Shown here: positions 62,426 through 64,000 of the stretch, in pieces
How the letters are laid out: the number at the start of each line of letters is the position of its first letter
Numbering within the stretch: position 1 is the stretch's first letter
From: an uncultured Chloroflexia bacterium
GTDB taxonomy: Bacteria; Chloroflexota; Limnocylindria; Limnocylindrales; CSP1-4
Assembly: GCA_963819655.1 (NCBI GenBank)
Contig: CAWFXA010000002.1
Span: 992,001-1,056,000, forward strand
Reading direction: 5' to 3'
DNA length: 64,000 nucleotides
Position numbers and translations under genes: made by a program
The notes under the pieces: model-generated
What the model was told of the DNA's origin: nothing
The model's database searches: none
Seen by the model: only the letters and a program-made list of their open reading frames with translations

Positions 62426-62576
62426 AAGCTGAGTGTCACGCGTGCCGTGACATCCGAGGGGGGAAGGTCGACCTGCTCGGCTGCGTTCGTCCGTTGTGAC
62501 ACCAATGGCCAACACCGCGGATTCGCGTCCGGGGCCTCTTTCCGATAGCATCAGAAAAACCCCGGAGGAACCCTGA

Positions 62577-64000
<1,424 letters not shown>

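Overview
High-GC bacterial chromosomal segment. Gene content suggests Chloroflexota or an actinobacterium-like lineage (inference only). No transposase, phage, rRNA or CRISPR array was seen. Main blocks: (1) a selenocysteine formate dehydrogenase island (fdhD, split Fe-S subunit, NuoE-NuoF fusion, Sec-containing FdhF with in-frame UGA and SECIS, selD divergent from selC-selA-selB-mobA); (2) an SbcD/YhaN-like nuclease-ATPase pair; (3) a pentose-phosphate cluster (tkt, rpiB, pgi, gnd, zwf, opcA, pgl) upstream of a citrate synthase; (4) psuG, a PfkB kinase, peptidases and the 5' part of pyrG. About 11 genes carry frameshifts, most likely assembly indels. The strongest unexplained signal is in the ~930-bp gap at 34499-35431: a candidate ~190-nt multi-branched ncRNA with a long closing stem, GNRA loops and alternative pairings. 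It lies downstream of a promoter overlapped by DnaA-box-like sites and upstream of two degenerate tandem-repeat arrays. Also notable are a long structured element beside a CxxC-x17-CxxC gene, pervasive leaderless starts including an 18-bp bidirectional promoter, and two zinc-finger membrane proteins bracketing the FDH genes. All structures and motifs were read by eye; no database search or folding program was run.
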